A stretch of 64,000 bases of DNA from Deltaproteobacteria bacterium (GTDB lineage: Bacteria; Myxococcota; Kuafuiibacteriia; Kuafuiibacteriales; Kuafuiibacteriaceae): contig JAVJQW010000033.1 in assembly GCA_040218735.1 (NCBI GenBank), positions 64,001 through 128,000 on the forward strand, in the 5' to 3' direction. The notes under the pieces were generated by a model. It made no database searches, was not told where the DNA came from, and saw only the letters and a program-made list of their open reading frames with translations. Made by a program: the position numbers and the translations under genes. Position 1 is the first letter of the stretch. Every line of letters begins with the position of its first letter. This document shows, in pieces, positions 63,005 through 64,000 of the stretch.

Positions 63005-64000
63005 TCAGAGCGATAGGCCCGCGCCGATCGCCACCTCGATCCCGAGCGCCACGCGATCGTTCACCACCGGACCGACGCGCCCGCGCACGCCACCGAGGAC
63101 GTGCACGACCTCGGTGACGTCGAGGAGCCCGAACAGCTCCGCGAACAGGCCGTAGCGGGTGATGGCGTCGCCCTCGATCGTGCCCCTCGGATCCGCGCCG
63201 ATGCGCCAGCCGTCGATGAACAGGCCGCCGCCGGGGCGGATGTGGAAGTCCGACGACGAGTAGCGGTCGTAGCGTACGCCGAGCTGCACGCCGAGGTACT
63301 CCGGGGAGCTGAACGCCACTTCGACGGCGCGGTCCCCGTTCACGAACACCTCGGAGTAAGAGCCCGGCGCGAACCCGATCGGCACGCCGACGCCGATGGT
63401 CACGCCGCCCGGGAAGCGGGCGTCGAGGTGCGGCGTGAACCGAAACGTCCCCGACGGCGCGAGCGCGTTGGTGTCGATGCGGACACCTTCGCCCGCGCCC
63501 TCCACGCGGGCGCCGATTCCGTCGAAGCCCCAGCTCGCATCGACGCCGACCAGCACCTTGGTGCGATCCACCGCCGCGAGCATCTTTTCATCTTGCTCGA
63601 CGTCGATCGCGTCGAGCTTCGCGCGGGTCGAGGCGTCGCCCTCGGTTGCGCCGGGGAACTTCGCGAAGGTCTTCGCCGTGAACGCCGCGGCCGACGCGTT
63701 CGCGAGATCGTCGTGCGGCCCCACGACGCCGTACTCGAGGAGCGCGGAGTCCGGGTTGAGCCAGGCCTCGGAAGGGAAGTCGACCGCGTCGCGCGACCAC
63801 AGCCGCAAGCCGGTCTTTGCGTCGAAGACGTACGCTTGGCCCACGAGGAGCCGCCCTTGGCGCGGCTCGAGGGGAGGCTTCTTCGACGTGGCGCCCTGTC
63901 GCGCAGCTTGCAGATCGTAGACCGTCTGCTTGGAGACGTAGAAGCGATCGACCGGCTGCACCCGGACCACGATCACGAGGTCGGCCTCGGCGCCTGCGAT
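63005..64000 (-). CDS. Hypothetical protein with C-terminal beta-barrel (5' end beyond the window)
   Basis: Frame open to the right edge; amphipathic strands ending EVAIGAGLSL. Confidence 0.65.
   Translation of the reverse strand: MAGAEADLVIVVRVQPVDRFYVSKQTVYDLQAARQGATSKKPPLEPRQGRLLVGQAYVFDAKTGLRLWSRDAVDFPSEAWLNPDSALLEYGVVGPHDDLANASAAAFTAKTFAKFPGATEGDASTRAKLDAIDVEQDEKMLAAVDRTKVLVGVDASWGFDGIGARVEGAGEGVRIDTNALAPSGTFRFTPHLDARFPGGVTIGVGVPIGFAPGSYSEVFVNGDRAVEVAFSSPEYLGVQLGVRYDRYSSSDFHIRPGGGLFIDGWRIGADPRGTIEGDAITRYGLFAELFGLLDVTEVVHVLGGVRGRVGPVVNDRVALGIEVAIGAGLSL

Overview
Very GC-rich (roughly 70% by eye), gene-dense bacterial chromosomal DNA. MYXO-CTERM, the MXAN_5187 C-terminal domain, an MglA-like GTPase, a TraB-like OmpA protein and a PEGA protein point to a Myxococcota-type organism. 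I found no rRNA, tRNA, CRISPR array, transposase or integrase. From left to right: a minus-strand run (GNAT/HEAT protein, MglA-like GTPase, 4-Cys protein, beta-barrel, pilT paralog, recX); yihY and sppA; a permuted mrpFGABCDE antiporter operon; a CN-hydrolase and PHB depolymerase; an asnB/Na+:solute symporter cluster; signalling and envelope genes; Omp85-DUF4390-histidine kinase; a TraB-like OmpA gene coupled to a 1633-aa Asp-rich repeat MYXO-CTERM protein; rng; etfBA; an orphan parA; and a Ser/Thr kinase. The best candidate for an undescribed system is at 51.4-55.7 kb. There an ECF sigma, a single-pass anti-sigma and an exported caspase-like protease with a C-terminal beta-barrel are translationally coupled. 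The same bipartite motif (GGGATCATTT-N12-GGTCT) lies upstream of both the sigma gene and the next lipoprotein gene, which suggests a caspase-triggered trans-envelope signalling circuit with a visible regulon. All family calls come from motif recognition by eye; no database searches were run.
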